A stretch of DNA of 64,000 bases. Origin: a virus. Lineage: Duplodnaviria; Caudoviricetes. Below are positions 1-8,465 of this stretch, one piece after another. Where the stretch lies: the IMG/VR virus record IMGVR_UViG_3300014000_000001, positions 1-64,000 of that record; one strand, written 5' to 3'. The notes below the pieces were generated by a model. The model saw nothing but the letters and a program-made list of their open reading frames with translations. It had not been told where the DNA came from and made no database searches. The position numbers and the translations under genes were made by a program. Within the stretch, counting starts at the first letter, position 1. The number at the start of each line of letters is the position of its first letter.

Positions 1-725
1 GTTTAACTGATGACTCTAGTGTTGAATCGCGAGTGCTCCGCATATCTAAAAATATCTTCACAGGAACTAGAGTTTATACACTACACTTAAAGGAAGGTGA
101 GAGGTTCTTAATTAATAGAACTGTATTCGGTTTAGGTGCTTTATCATTCAATGGAATAAAAACCGTTGAAGCCAGAACTTATTTGGTTACAGAAAAAACA
201 TTAATCCAAATCCCTGATCTTGATTTGCAAGACTATACAACACCAGCTACTGATTATAACGAGTTATCAGAAGCTGTATCACAATTAATTGGGGATATTA
301 TTGGATTAGAAAATCTAGTAGTCACAATACCATCTAAAGAAATTCAACGCGTTCGATTTGAAACGAGTTTAAAACTAAACACCTCATCCATTGCACGAGC
401 TATAGTTTATGAAGTAACAGCCCCTAAAGTTTCAAAAACATTGACAAATAAAGAACTCGCAGATGCACGAGGGGGTGACTATAAAAACGATACTATCATC
501 CCTGAGGGGACTATATATGTCAAAGTTCCTGTTGATGGTAGTGAAATCGTGATATGTGGTTCACCCAATACTCTAGGCAAGTATATCAATGCAATGAACG
601 GAAGCAGTAAATATTTATTACACTTAGACCCTAACAATTCTGCTGAGGTTTTATCCTCACTACTCACCAACAGTGAAATTGTAACAGGGACGAGTTATTT
701 CATTTTACCTAACATAGATATTTAA
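1..725 (+). CDS. hypothetical protein, 5'-truncated by window edge
   Basis: Frame of ORF 33..725 is open back to position 3; followed by a hairpin plus T-run near 735-770. Confidence 0.7.
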   Translation, partial: LTDDSSVESRVLRISKNIFTGTRVYTLHLKEGERFLINRTVFGLGALSFNGIKTVEARTYLVTEKTLIQIPDLDLQDYTTPATDYNELSEAVSQLIGDIIGLENLVVTIPSKEIQRVRFETSLKLNTSSIARAIVYEVTAPKVSKTLTNKELADARGGDYKNDTIIPEGTIYVKVPVDGSEIVICGSPNTLGKYINAMNGSSKYLLHLDPNNSAEVLSSLLTNSEIVTGTSYFILPNIDI

Positions 726-834
726 CCAGTTTGGCAGATAGAGATAACCCCATTTCTATCTGTCCTTTTTATTCAAACAAGGGTAAAGGAGCATCCCTTT
801 AAATGCTCCAACTTAATATAGAGGTTTTATTAAC

Positions 835-1044
835 ATGTCAACAATGGGTTACCAACCACGTAATATCCAATTTCATTCTTACAATGCACGTAAAGAGGCG
901 TTGATGAAAAGTTTTAACGTTAACACATGGGAAGAGTGTGTACGTCAATTAATGGGAACTCATGTGTCTCATCGCACCATTATGGTGAATGGTCGCGAAA
1001 TTGTGGTTAAGGTAAAGCGTAAATTCGGGGTAGTTGCAAAATGA
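835..1044 (+). CDS. hypothetical protein (69 aa, basic)
   Basis: AGAGGT SD upstream; ATGA overlap with next gene. Confidence 0.7.
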   Translation: MSTMGYQPRNIQFHSYNARKEALMKSFNVNTWEECVRQLMGTHVSHRTIMVNGREIVVKVKRKFGVVAK

Positions 1045-1571
1045 TTGAACCATTGGTTATAACAATTGAACCTGATGATTTTCTAAGTTTTGTTCCCGAA
1101 GATCTTTATAAACGGTTAAACAAAGATTATAATGCTCGAAACATTATTAAAGCTTTTTGTAAAACTGTGAATGATTTTCGTTCTGGAATTAAAGTGGTGC
1201 AGGAAATACCTGTTTATCATTTTAAACGTTTAACTTTTCGTAACTGTACTACGGTTGATGAAACAGGCAAAGAGTTTGTTTTAAAATCACACAACTCTAA
1301 TGTAGGTTTAGTAGGTCAGGTATTCACCATTTACATGACTGATTCAAGACTAAGTAAAGTTGTGAGTGATGGGAATAAAATCATCTGGCATTGTGTTAAA
1401 GATCCAAATCGTGCTTTTCCTAAATGTGGGAAAGAGTTACTTAAACTCAAGTTTGCAGGACATGGTTCTGAAAATATTGATCAACTCTTAAAAATTCACG
1501 ATGATTATGTTCATGCATATATTGCCGAATATAATCGAGTGTTAGAAGAAAGTCGATGTAACGCTGCTTAA
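1041..1571 (+). CDS. hypothetical protein
   Basis: 176-aa ORF coupled to the previous gene, followed by a terminator. Confidence 0.75.
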   Translation: MIEPLVITIEPDDFLSFVPEDLYKRLNKDYNARNIIKAFCKTVNDFRSGIKVVQEIPVYHFKRLTFRNCTTVDETGKEFVLKSHNSNVGLVGQVFTIYMTDSRLSKVVSDGNKIIWHCVKDPNRAFPKCGKELLKLKFAGHGSENIDQLLKIHDDYVHAYIAEYNRVLEESRCNAA

Positions 1572-1575
1572 ATCT

Positions 1576-1610
1576 AAGAAGGGTTCCCAATTGGGAACCC
1601 TTCTTCTTTA
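1576..1610 (+). terminator. intrinsic terminator (30-bp perfect palindrome)
   Basis: AAGAAGGGTTCCCAA|TTGGGAACCCTTCTT then CTTTATGC. Confidence 0.75.
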
Positions 1611-1631
1611 TGCTGTCTTTAGGAGAAAGTA

Positions 1632-2033
1632 ATGGATCAAATCCAAGAGTTAAAAGAGTTTATTCGTAGTGGGAAGATTATTAATTCCAACGAGATTAAA
1701 CATATTATTGACAATCTATCTACGGTATCTACAGACGGAATACGTTGGTCTACACGAAAAGTAAAAACCAGACGTTCTTTGTTTGATTTACGTTCACATT
1801 CCATCTGTTCTGAATTCTTTGTTAAATTTAAAATGAATTTAGAAATGATGACTGTTTTACTTAGACGTTATAAACGGGGACGTTATGTGACCTATCATCT
1901 TGTGGTGTTTAGAAATAGTGAAACATTGAAGTTTCAATCAACTAAGGAGCACAAAGAGGCTCAAGCCCAGATTAATAAAATCTTAAGAGAACGTTTCTTT
2001 CCACAAATTGAAGAAGATCCACGTGAACAGTAA
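1632..2033 (+). CDS. hypothetical protein, paralog of 2361..2735
   Basis: AGGAG SD; C-terminal KILRERFFP vs KILREKFIP. Confidence 0.75.
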   Translation: MDQIQELKEFIRSGKIINSNEIKHIIDNLSTVSTDGIRWSTRKVKTRRSLFDLRSHSICSEFFVKFKMNLEMMTVLLRRYKRGRYVTYHLVVFRNSETLKFQSTKEHKEAQAQINKILRERFFPQIEEDPREQ

Positions 2034-2103
2034 TCCTTGTTTTAAAAAACAATTTCTTCATTACTTATGGAGCAATTGTTTTTTTATTTAAAAGGATGGG
2101 AAA

Positions 2104-2361
2104 ATGGCTTTTAATGAACCTAAATATGATGGAAAAGCTATAATTGAAAACATGGCTTACGAGTCCGTACATGTGTTAAGACGTAATTTAGATAAGATTG
2201 AATCTTTGGTAAAATTACATTCAGGGGAATTTATACTTGTTGTGAAGTATTTACAGGGTAATAAATACGAAGTTCATACAGGAACACAAGTAGATAATTT
2301 AGCAAAGAAAATAATACAAGAAACAAATACAGCACATCAGTTATTAACGGAGATGTTATAA
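2104..2361 (+). CDS. hypothetical protein
   Basis: AAGGA SD; TAATG coupling to next gene. Confidence 0.7.
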   Translation: MAFNEPKYDGKAIIENMAYESVHVLRRNLDKIESLVKLHSGEFILVVKYLQGNKYEVHTGTQVDNLAKKIIQETNTAHQLLTEML

Positions 2362-2735
2362 TGCAACAACACATTACTGGGGAGTTATTAGAAAAACTAA
2401 ATCAACAGTTAAATAAGGTAGATCCCACGGATACCCTATGGCTTGAAAAGCTAAATGAAAAGAAGAAACTAAAAAGCAAAATTTACTACTTCGACATTCC
2501 TTTGGTTTTAAATCGTCAAAAATACAATATTCGTTTAACCCAATATAGTTGTAACATTCGCCAAACTCAACTGATCCAAATTACTGAGAATGGGGAACCG
2601 TTACGAATCACCTCAGCTTTTAGAACCCACCGCACCCAAAAGGCGATGATGTTAAAAATCTTGAGAGAGAAATTTATTCCAATTGCCGATCAGAAACAAG
2701 TAGGTAATTATTGGTTAAATCAAATTCAACAATAA
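2361..2735 (+). CDS. hypothetical protein, paralog of 1632..2033
   Basis: Shared C-terminal segment; GGAG SD. Confidence 0.75.
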   Translation: MQQHITGELLEKLNQQLNKVDPTDTLWLEKLNEKKKLKSKIYYFDIPLVLNRQKYNIRLTQYSCNIRQTQLIQITENGEPLRITSAFRTHRTQKAMMLKILREKFIPIADQKQVGNYWLNQIQQ

Positions 2736-2740
2736 TAGCT

Positions 2741-2776
2741 TATTGAATCTTGTTCCAAATGGAACAAGATTCAATA
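2741..2776. terminator. hairpin/terminator directly before promoter motif
   Basis: TATTGAATCTTGTTCCA-aa-TGGAACAAGATTCAATA. Confidence 0.6.
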
Positions 2777-2804
2777 TATTTCAAATATACATCATCTATG
2801 TGAA
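2777..2804 (+). promoter_or_regulatory. putative phage early (virion RNAP) promoter
   Basis: TATTTCAAATATACATCATCTATGTGAA; near-identical copies at 20327, 21781, 54760; weaker at 56448, 30926; all upstream of + strand gene starts. Confidence 0.65.
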
Positions 2805-2842
2805 GAATAATCTTTTCATCTATATTACAGAGGTAATGAGTT

Positions 2843-3424
2843 ATGAACAAAACAGCAAAAATCATCATTGGTGTACTATCATTTATTTTATTGGTAGTAC
2901 TGTTCTTAATGTGGGACCAACACCGTGTTAATCAAATCAATGCGGAGAAGATGAAGGTCACCCCCGTAACTGAAACACCAACAGTTCCAACACCTGAGGC
3001 AACTGCGGCTTCAGAAGTAGTGGTATTAGCTGAGGACAAAGAGCCTATTGAAACAGCTCAGGTAAGTAATGTTAATGGCGATGATTTATCTCCACCAAAT
3101 CCACCTTATACCGAAAACCCTAAACCTAAAAATCAAGAAATGAATTATGTAGATTTAGGTAAATCGGCAATCGAGGTTGATGGTCCTAATATGTTACAGG
3201 AGTTACTCGACCATAATTACCCCGACACATTTATGGTTACCCAAGTGAGTAGCCCTTCTTATGTTGAACAAGATTCAAAAACAGTTTATTACGTTTGGAA
3301 TATTCGGTTTAAAGACAAAAAGGATGGGCGTATTTATGGTTGCGATGTCAATTATATTCAATTTGACAAGAAAACATTGAATCCTAAATTTGGTCTGACT
3401 AATGAATGTTTCCGTGAAATCTAA
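2843..3424 (+). CDS. membrane-anchored protein (N-terminal TM, Pro/Thr-rich linker)
   Basis: IIIGVLSFILLVVLFLMW anchor, VTPVTETPTVPTPE linker, two C-terminal Cys. Confidence 0.75.
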   Translation: MNKTAKIIIGVLSFILLVVLFLMWDQHRVNQINAEKMKVTPVTETPTVPTPEATAASEVVVLAEDKEPIETAQVSNVNGDDLSPPNPPYTENPKPKNQEMNYVDLGKSAIEVDGPNMLQELLDHNYPDTFMVTQVSSPSYVEQDSKTVYYVWNIRFKDKKDGRIYGCDVNYIQFDKKTLNPKFGLTNECFREI

Positions 3425-3438
3425 TTAAGAGTAAGGTT

Positions 3439-3933
3439 ATGTATTTGAATGACGAGGATAGTGCCCATTTGATCCAATCCTTTATTGATAAAGTTCCCGC
3501 AATAATTCTTACAATCAGGTATAATCTAAACTGGCTGGAAGTAAAACAAGTGGAAGATGATGAGTTTGAATTATTGTTAGATGAACTACTGGAAAAAGAT
3601 TGCGTTTATACGGAAATTCCGGAAGTATCCACTTATCGAATTATCCCAATAGATGATCCCAAGCAGAGTGTCGAAATCACTGCGCGATTACAGCTAGCGG
3701 ATGCTTTATTTAAGATACTTACGACATACGGTGGTTTTATTGGAAAGATTTTACCCATTCATCTGACCGAAGCTTTTATGCGAATCGCCAGAGATAAGGT
3801 ATCTCTTAATATCTTCGAAGACCCCGGTTATAGTATTGCGTTTTACCTAGAACATAAACCTTCATTAATCCAAGGAGAGTTAATAAACTCTTACTTCGAT
3901 ACATTGTATGGTTGTCAAAATAACAGAGGTTAA
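3439..3933 (+). CDS. hypothetical acidic protein
   Basis: 164-aa ORF in operon. Confidence 0.7.
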   Translation: MYLNDEDSAHLIQSFIDKVPAIILTIRYNLNWLEVKQVEDDEFELLLDELLEKDCVYTEIPEVSTYRIIPIDDPKQSVEITARLQLADALFKILTTYGGFIGKILPIHLTEAFMRIARDKVSLNIFEDPGYSIAFYLEHKPSLIQGELINSYFDTLYGCQNNRG

Positions 3934-3937
3934 GATT

Positions 3938-4783
3938 ATGTATCCATTACCAGGAAAAACTGTGTCAGTAGAAGACGACGAATGGGGTAAATTCTGTTAT
4001 ATGGAAGGACACCATGAGCGTCCTGCTGTGCGTCGTTTGTGCGTTGAAGCGGATAGCTTTGGCGCAGAGTTTCATAACATGTGTCAGGAATGTTGGGATG
4101 AACATCTTCAAAATAAAGAAGATATAAAGAATGATCCAGAACAATGGGAAACTTGTAAATGTGGTAATCGCGAACCCTCATTGATCTCTTATCGGGATAT
4201 GGATGAGGGTATGCATGGTCCTGTTTATGAGCATTGTTCTAAGTGTCATGAGAAGATGAATGCACGAATCGCAGAGGAGGAAGCTTATTATGATGATCAT
4301 GATGATTATGATGACTATACTCCTGATGACGCCTATGATTCTATTTGCGATGAACCCATCCCTCAAGACTTATCATTAGCCGGTTTGGAGAAATTCAATC
4401 AAATATTGATCAGTTACGGGATAAAAGGTTTTAAGGCGGTGGACGATGAATCTAGTCGCTTATCTATTGGTGATCTAGAACCGCGTAAATTCAAGCGATT
4501 AAAACGTAAACTTCTCCATTGGTTTGCGCGGTACACTGATGCATATACCAGACCTCAAGAAGGTTTTGTGGGATGTACAATCTCAGATAAGCTTGAGATT
4601 GAATCTAATAAACTGTACGTACAGTTTACCACAGAAAAGGTGAGCCGTTATAGTTTAGCAAAGAAACCACCAATGGCTTTCTTAAAACTAATCGATCGTA
4701 AGAAAGCTAAAAGTCAAATTACCTATGGTCCGTTTATCAAACCTAAACATAGTATCTTCATCTATTTATCCATTTACGAATAG
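3938..4783 (+). CDS. hypothetical protein with Cys-rich (Zn-binding-like) N-terminus and acidic tract
   Basis: CQEC, CKC, CSKC; EEEAYYDDHDDYDDY; start moved to ATG 3938 after ACAGAGGT SD. Confidence 0.7.
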   Translation: MYPLPGKTVSVEDDEWGKFCYMEGHHERPAVRRLCVEADSFGAEFHNMCQECWDEHLQNKEDIKNDPEQWETCKCGNREPSLISYRDMDEGMHGPVYEHCSKCHEKMNARIAEEEAYYDDHDDYDDYTPDDAYDSICDEPIPQDLSLAGLEKFNQILISYGIKGFKAVDDESSRLSIGDLEPRKFKRLKRKLLHWFARYTDAYTRPQEGFVGCTISDKLEIESNKLYVQFTTEKVSRYSLAKKPPMAFLKLIDRKKAKSQITYGPFIKPKHSIFIYLSIYE

Positions 4784-4869
4784 AAAGATGTTAGCAAAAT
4801 AAAACAGATTCCTACTCTCTTATGAGGGTGGGAATTATTTTTGACTTTATATTACAGAGGTAAGAAGAT

Positions 4870-5214
4870 ATGAGTAATGCATTGATAAGTGTAGTGATAC
4901 ACAAAGGCGATTTACTCTATGGGAAAATAGCTCAAATCCATAGTTATTCATTGGACCAGCTAACGGTAAACTTGGCTAAAGAAACAACCGAAGCTCTATC
5001 TCTTATAGAATGTCATAAGTACACATTAGGTGTTATCAATTATGATAAAGCTATAGAGATGTTCACCCATATTTGGGAAACACACAAAAGCAAGAATCTT
5101 AGTGTTTGGTTTCCCAATGCTTTAAATCAGGAACAAGCTGATATTCGTAAACGTTTCTTAGCTTACATACACACCTTTTTAGAAACAGTTGATTCAGAGG
5201 TAAGACCATCATGA
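4870..5214 (+). CDS. hypothetical protein
   Basis: TATATTACAGAGGT leader upstream. Confidence 0.7.
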   Translation: MSNALISVVIHKGDLLYGKIAQIHSYSLDQLTVNLAKETTEALSLIECHKYTLGVINYDKAIEMFTHIWETHKSKNLSVWFPNALNQEQADIRKRFLAYIHTFLETVDSEVRPS

Positions 5215-5642
5215 CAGTTTATTACATTAGTAACACCAAAGAACTTCCAAAACATCACGCTGATCAAATGGTTAGAATCCATGTATTAGCAAAGACAGTT
5301 GTCGCATTTATTAATGAAATCAAATATGCCATTCGACAACACCACATTCAAAATGGAGAGCTTCCAGAAGCTATTATTTGGAAATTCACCTCAAACGATA
5401 AAATTGAGAATTATAATTCTCAATTACTCGTAGAGCAATCTTTGCTTAAATCTTATCCTGATCTTAAAGTTTATTCTACAGGATTAACTATTACAGCTCA
5501 ATCAATGGGTAAAGTTCACGGGATTGAATTTACTCTAAAGGATAATTTGGAATTTAGTGAATCGCTTAAAACCCAGAATTCCACCCAAGCAATGGTGATA
5601 GTTAAAAGAAATGGCAAGCTTACCATTAAGGATGCAGTATGA
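5211..5642 (+). CDS. hypothetical protein
   Basis: ATGA-coupled on both sides. Confidence 0.7.
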   Translation: MTVYYISNTKELPKHHADQMVRIHVLAKTVVAFINEIKYAIRQHHIQNGELPEAIIWKFTSNDKIENYNSQLLVEQSLLKSYPDLKVYSTGLTITAQSMGKVHGIEFTLKDNLEFSESLKTQNSTQAMVIVKRNGKLTIKDAV

Positions 5643-7255
5643 GCAATAGTGAAGAATCTGAAATTAAAGTTACTAATGAGGGTTGGGTTATCATCTTTAA
5701 AGATGATAATGAAAATATCCCTCAAACATTAATAGACGACATCATTAGGAAGCATAAACATATACATGCTATTTTTACCCTGCAGAAGGAATTGCTTCAA
5801 CAAACCAGAGTTAAAAAGTTCTTAGATAACTTTACTGGTAAAATTTACGTGTATAACTATTGTAATGATTTAGAACATGCATACCTAGTAGCTGACGCAT
5901 GTGAAATGATTGCAACTAAACCCGATGTTGAATTACTTTACCATATTCCCGTTACTTTCCCAGAGAGCAAACAACCCATGAAAGATGATGAATTGAAATA
6001 CGAACCAACTACATCTGAAGTTAAAACCACCCAGATCGTTTATGCCTTCGCAGAACAATATAATGAAGCCCAGAAAGCTTATTTGAAAGAACTAGGTGAA
6101 CAAGAAGGTGTTCACTTGATGGTGTTTGAACAAGCGGGTTACTCGGATTCAATGCTAAGTAAACTCATTCGTGGAATGAGTGCACCTCAATTGGTTTTGT
6201 TCTTTAATGTTCGTCATGAACAAAAAGAGAAAATTATTAATATCTTACGCAAAAATGATGTAAAGGGTTTAGTAACATTTGCTAACGCGGTTAAAAATCC
6301 AATTTTTGACCCTGAAGATAAAAAGCTTAACTATGTGGTTATTCCCTCCATTAACTCAAATGATCTAGCAAATAGTTACGATCCAAATAAAGCTACAGAA
6401 ACTGCATCATTAACAATGTCTTTTGAAGAAGCGATTCAAGTAGCTAAACGAGGCGTTCCAGTTCGCGCACTGGATTGGCCTGTTCAATCTTTCATTGGTG
6501 TGACTGACGGGCAGGTTGTTTTGGCTGAAAATATTTGGAGTAAACATAATCGAGCGTTCGCGGAACAAAATGGTGGTTTAGCAGTGGTGTATAACTCTTT
6601 TACCAAAAATGTAAACGGAGTTATTACCATGGGGTGGATACCAACCAATGCAGATTTATGGGATACTTGGGTAGTGTATGGCACTGCGCTTTATCCACAG
6701 AAAATCATGTTGAGTGAAGACCTCAATGAAGTTGCAATTGATTTCTCATTAGCTCAAGGTAAAGGACTTTATTCTGATAGCCATGCTTTCGCTGGACCGT
6801 TCCATTTGTTTTACGACACGATCTTTGAAGATGTGAAGCAAATGGGTAAGACTTTGTATATTACTCAGGATTCTGAATCTAAGAACAATGAAGTTTTGCA
6901 AATGATCTTAGATCTCATGGTAATATACCATTCGGAATCAGGTGAGGAGCAATTATCAGTTCCTGATGTTGTCGATGAGTATGAAGCCCAATATGTCGAT
7001 CTTTCTTTAGAATTTAATATTGGAACCAGTTACTTAGGTGAAGATCCAGGAGAGAAAGAAATTGTTGAGTATTTACCGCAGTTCATTGAAGACTGTGGAT
7101 ATACTTCGGCTTTAATTGATTTAGATTCGTTTAAAGGAAGAGAGTCGACCGTAGAAGCATTAGTTAAAGCTTTGGGTTTAACTACAGAATCCAATCCGAA
7201 ATTCTCGTGGGTGGGTTTATCTTTAAAAGAGAACACTGTACCTTATGTAGTATAA
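5639..7255 (+). CDS. multidomain protein with internal DUF2829/Tad2-like domain
   Basis: MSFEEAIQVAKRGVPVRALDW...MGWIPTNADLWDTW matches the family pattern MxFxEAxxxxKxGxxVxRxxW...GWxPxxxDxxxxDW. Confidence 0.65.
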   Translation: MSNSEESEIKVTNEGWVIIFKDDNENIPQTLIDDIIRKHKHIHAIFTLQKELLQQTRVKKFLDNFTGKIYVYNYCNDLEHAYLVADACEMIATKPDVELLYHIPVTFPESKQPMKDDELKYEPTTSEVKTTQIVYAFAEQYNEAQKAYLKELGEQEGVHLMVFEQAGYSDSMLSKLIRGMSAPQLVLFFNVRHEQKEKIINILRKNDVKGLVTFANAVKNPIFDPEDKKLNYVVIPSINSNDLANSYDPNKATETASLTMSFEEAIQVAKRGVPVRALDWPVQSFIGVTDGQVVLAENIWSKHNRAFAEQNGGLAVVYNSFTKNVNGVITMGWIPTNADLWDTWVVYGTALYPQKIMLSEDLNEVAIDFSLAQGKGLYSDSHAFAGPFHLFYDTIFEDVKQMGKTLYITQDSESKNNEVLQMILDLMVIYHSESGEEQLSVPDVVDEYEAQYVDLSLEFNIGTSYLGEDPGEKEIVEYLPQFIEDCGYTSALIDLDSFKGRESTVEALVKALGLTTESNPKFSWVGLSLKENTVPYVV

Positions 7256-7312
7256 CTATTGAAATTGTAGAGAGGACATCCTCTCTACATTATGAAATCA
7301 CAGAGGTGTAAA

Positions 7313-7936
7313 ATGAATACAAATGAAATTCGATATCAAAACTTACCTAACTTCCCAGCTTTAGCTCATATTGTTGCGACTACTGAAGATGGATTAATGG
7401 GAATTGGTAACCACCTTCCTTGGAAAACTTTTAAACCAGATCTGCGGTTCTTTAAAGCTAAAACCACGGATCATGTTGTTATCATGGGTAACAATACGGT
7501 CTTATCTCTTCCATTTAAGTTAGAAGAACGGTATGTGGTTCGGTTATCAGATTGTAGACCAACGCCGATAGATCAGCTTAACGAAATCGAAAACAAAAGC
7601 GATGAATGTCTTTTATATAACGACTCATCTGCAGATGCATTAGATTCCATCCTTGTCCCAGTTGGTTTTAATGAAGATATGGTCTTTATTGCTGGAGGTA
7701 AAAAGGTCTATAATGAAACACTACCTTATGTTCACTTAGTTTATCGTAATGTATTACATGATGTTAAACTGATGCATCCTACAGATGGTTCTCAACCACT
7801 CCATTATTACCCTATTGAGCAACTGAAGGAGCACTTCATTTTAATTTCTTCCTCAATTGTTACAGAGGATGGCTCAAATTTAATTTGTGAAAATGAACCT
7901 TACATGACTAAAGAAATCTGGATGAGGAAGCCATAA
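7313..7936 (+). CDS. folA: dihydrofolate reductase
   Basis: IVAT...MGIGNHLPWK...DLRFFKAKT...VVIMG, FIAGGKKVY; start at ATG after ACAGAGGT. Confidence 0.9.
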   Translation: MNTNEIRYQNLPNFPALAHIVATTEDGLMGIGNHLPWKTFKPDLRFFKAKTTDHVVIMGNNTVLSLPFKLEERYVVRLSDCRPTPIDQLNEIENKSDECLLYNDSSADALDSILVPVGFNEDMVFIAGGKKVYNETLPYVHLVYRNVLHDVKLMHPTDGSQPLHYYPIEQLKEHFILISSSIVTEDGSNLICENEPYMTKEIWMRKP

Positions 7937-8415
7937 TGTGGTTTGCAGTTTTATATGTTTTCTGCTTGGCTGTATTTACTTGGATGATTATGTTTGAATG
8001 TATTCAGGTAATTCAAATCAACGCAAATAGTTATAAACTCAAAGATACTCGCTTTATCAGAGAGTTACCTTTCTTTAGATTGAAAACATCTGTCACGTAC
8101 TTGATATGTTTTGTTCTTTATAATTACATCCTAACTACTCGTACTCCATTGTTAGATGATCCTATTTATTCAAGATGGATGCCTATATTTAGTAAGGTAG
8201 GTGTTGTGGTTTGGGTTATTTCACTCTCAGGTATGTTCTTGATGTTAGGGAAAACCAGTAATTTATTTTCTAATTTTAAATCAGATAAGCAATTTAGACG
8301 GCATCAGTTTTATCATGTTGGATTAATGCTTGGATTTGGGTTTTTATTCCTAGCTGATATTCTTTTAGCTTTAATGAGGATTGTTTATAAAATTGGAATG
8401 AATGCAATTGCATAG
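7936..8415 (+). CDS. integral membrane protein (~4 TM)
   Basis: Four hydrophobic stretches; TAATG coupling to DHFR. Confidence 0.7.
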   Translation: MWFAVLYVFCLAVFTWMIMFECIQVIQINANSYKLKDTRFIRELPFFRLKTSVTYLICFVLYNYILTTRTPLLDDPIYSRWMPIFSKVGVVVWVISLSGMFLMLGKTSNLFSNFKSDKQFRRHQFYHVGLMLGFGFLFLADILLALMRIVYKIGMNAIA

Positions 8416-8418
8416 ATT

Positions 8419-8456
8419 GAATCATCCATCCCTAGGGATGGATGATTCTTTTTTTA
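8419..8456. terminator. bidirectional terminator (CCTAGG-centred palindrome)
   Basis: GAATCATCCATCCCT|AGGGATGGATGATTC + T-run, between convergent genes. Confidence 0.8.
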
Positions 8457-8465
8457 TGCTGTTAA

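Noticed and set aside
2743-2931. 62-aa ORF with TTG start
   Set aside because: Overlaps a hairpin, the promoter motif and the start of the real gene 2843
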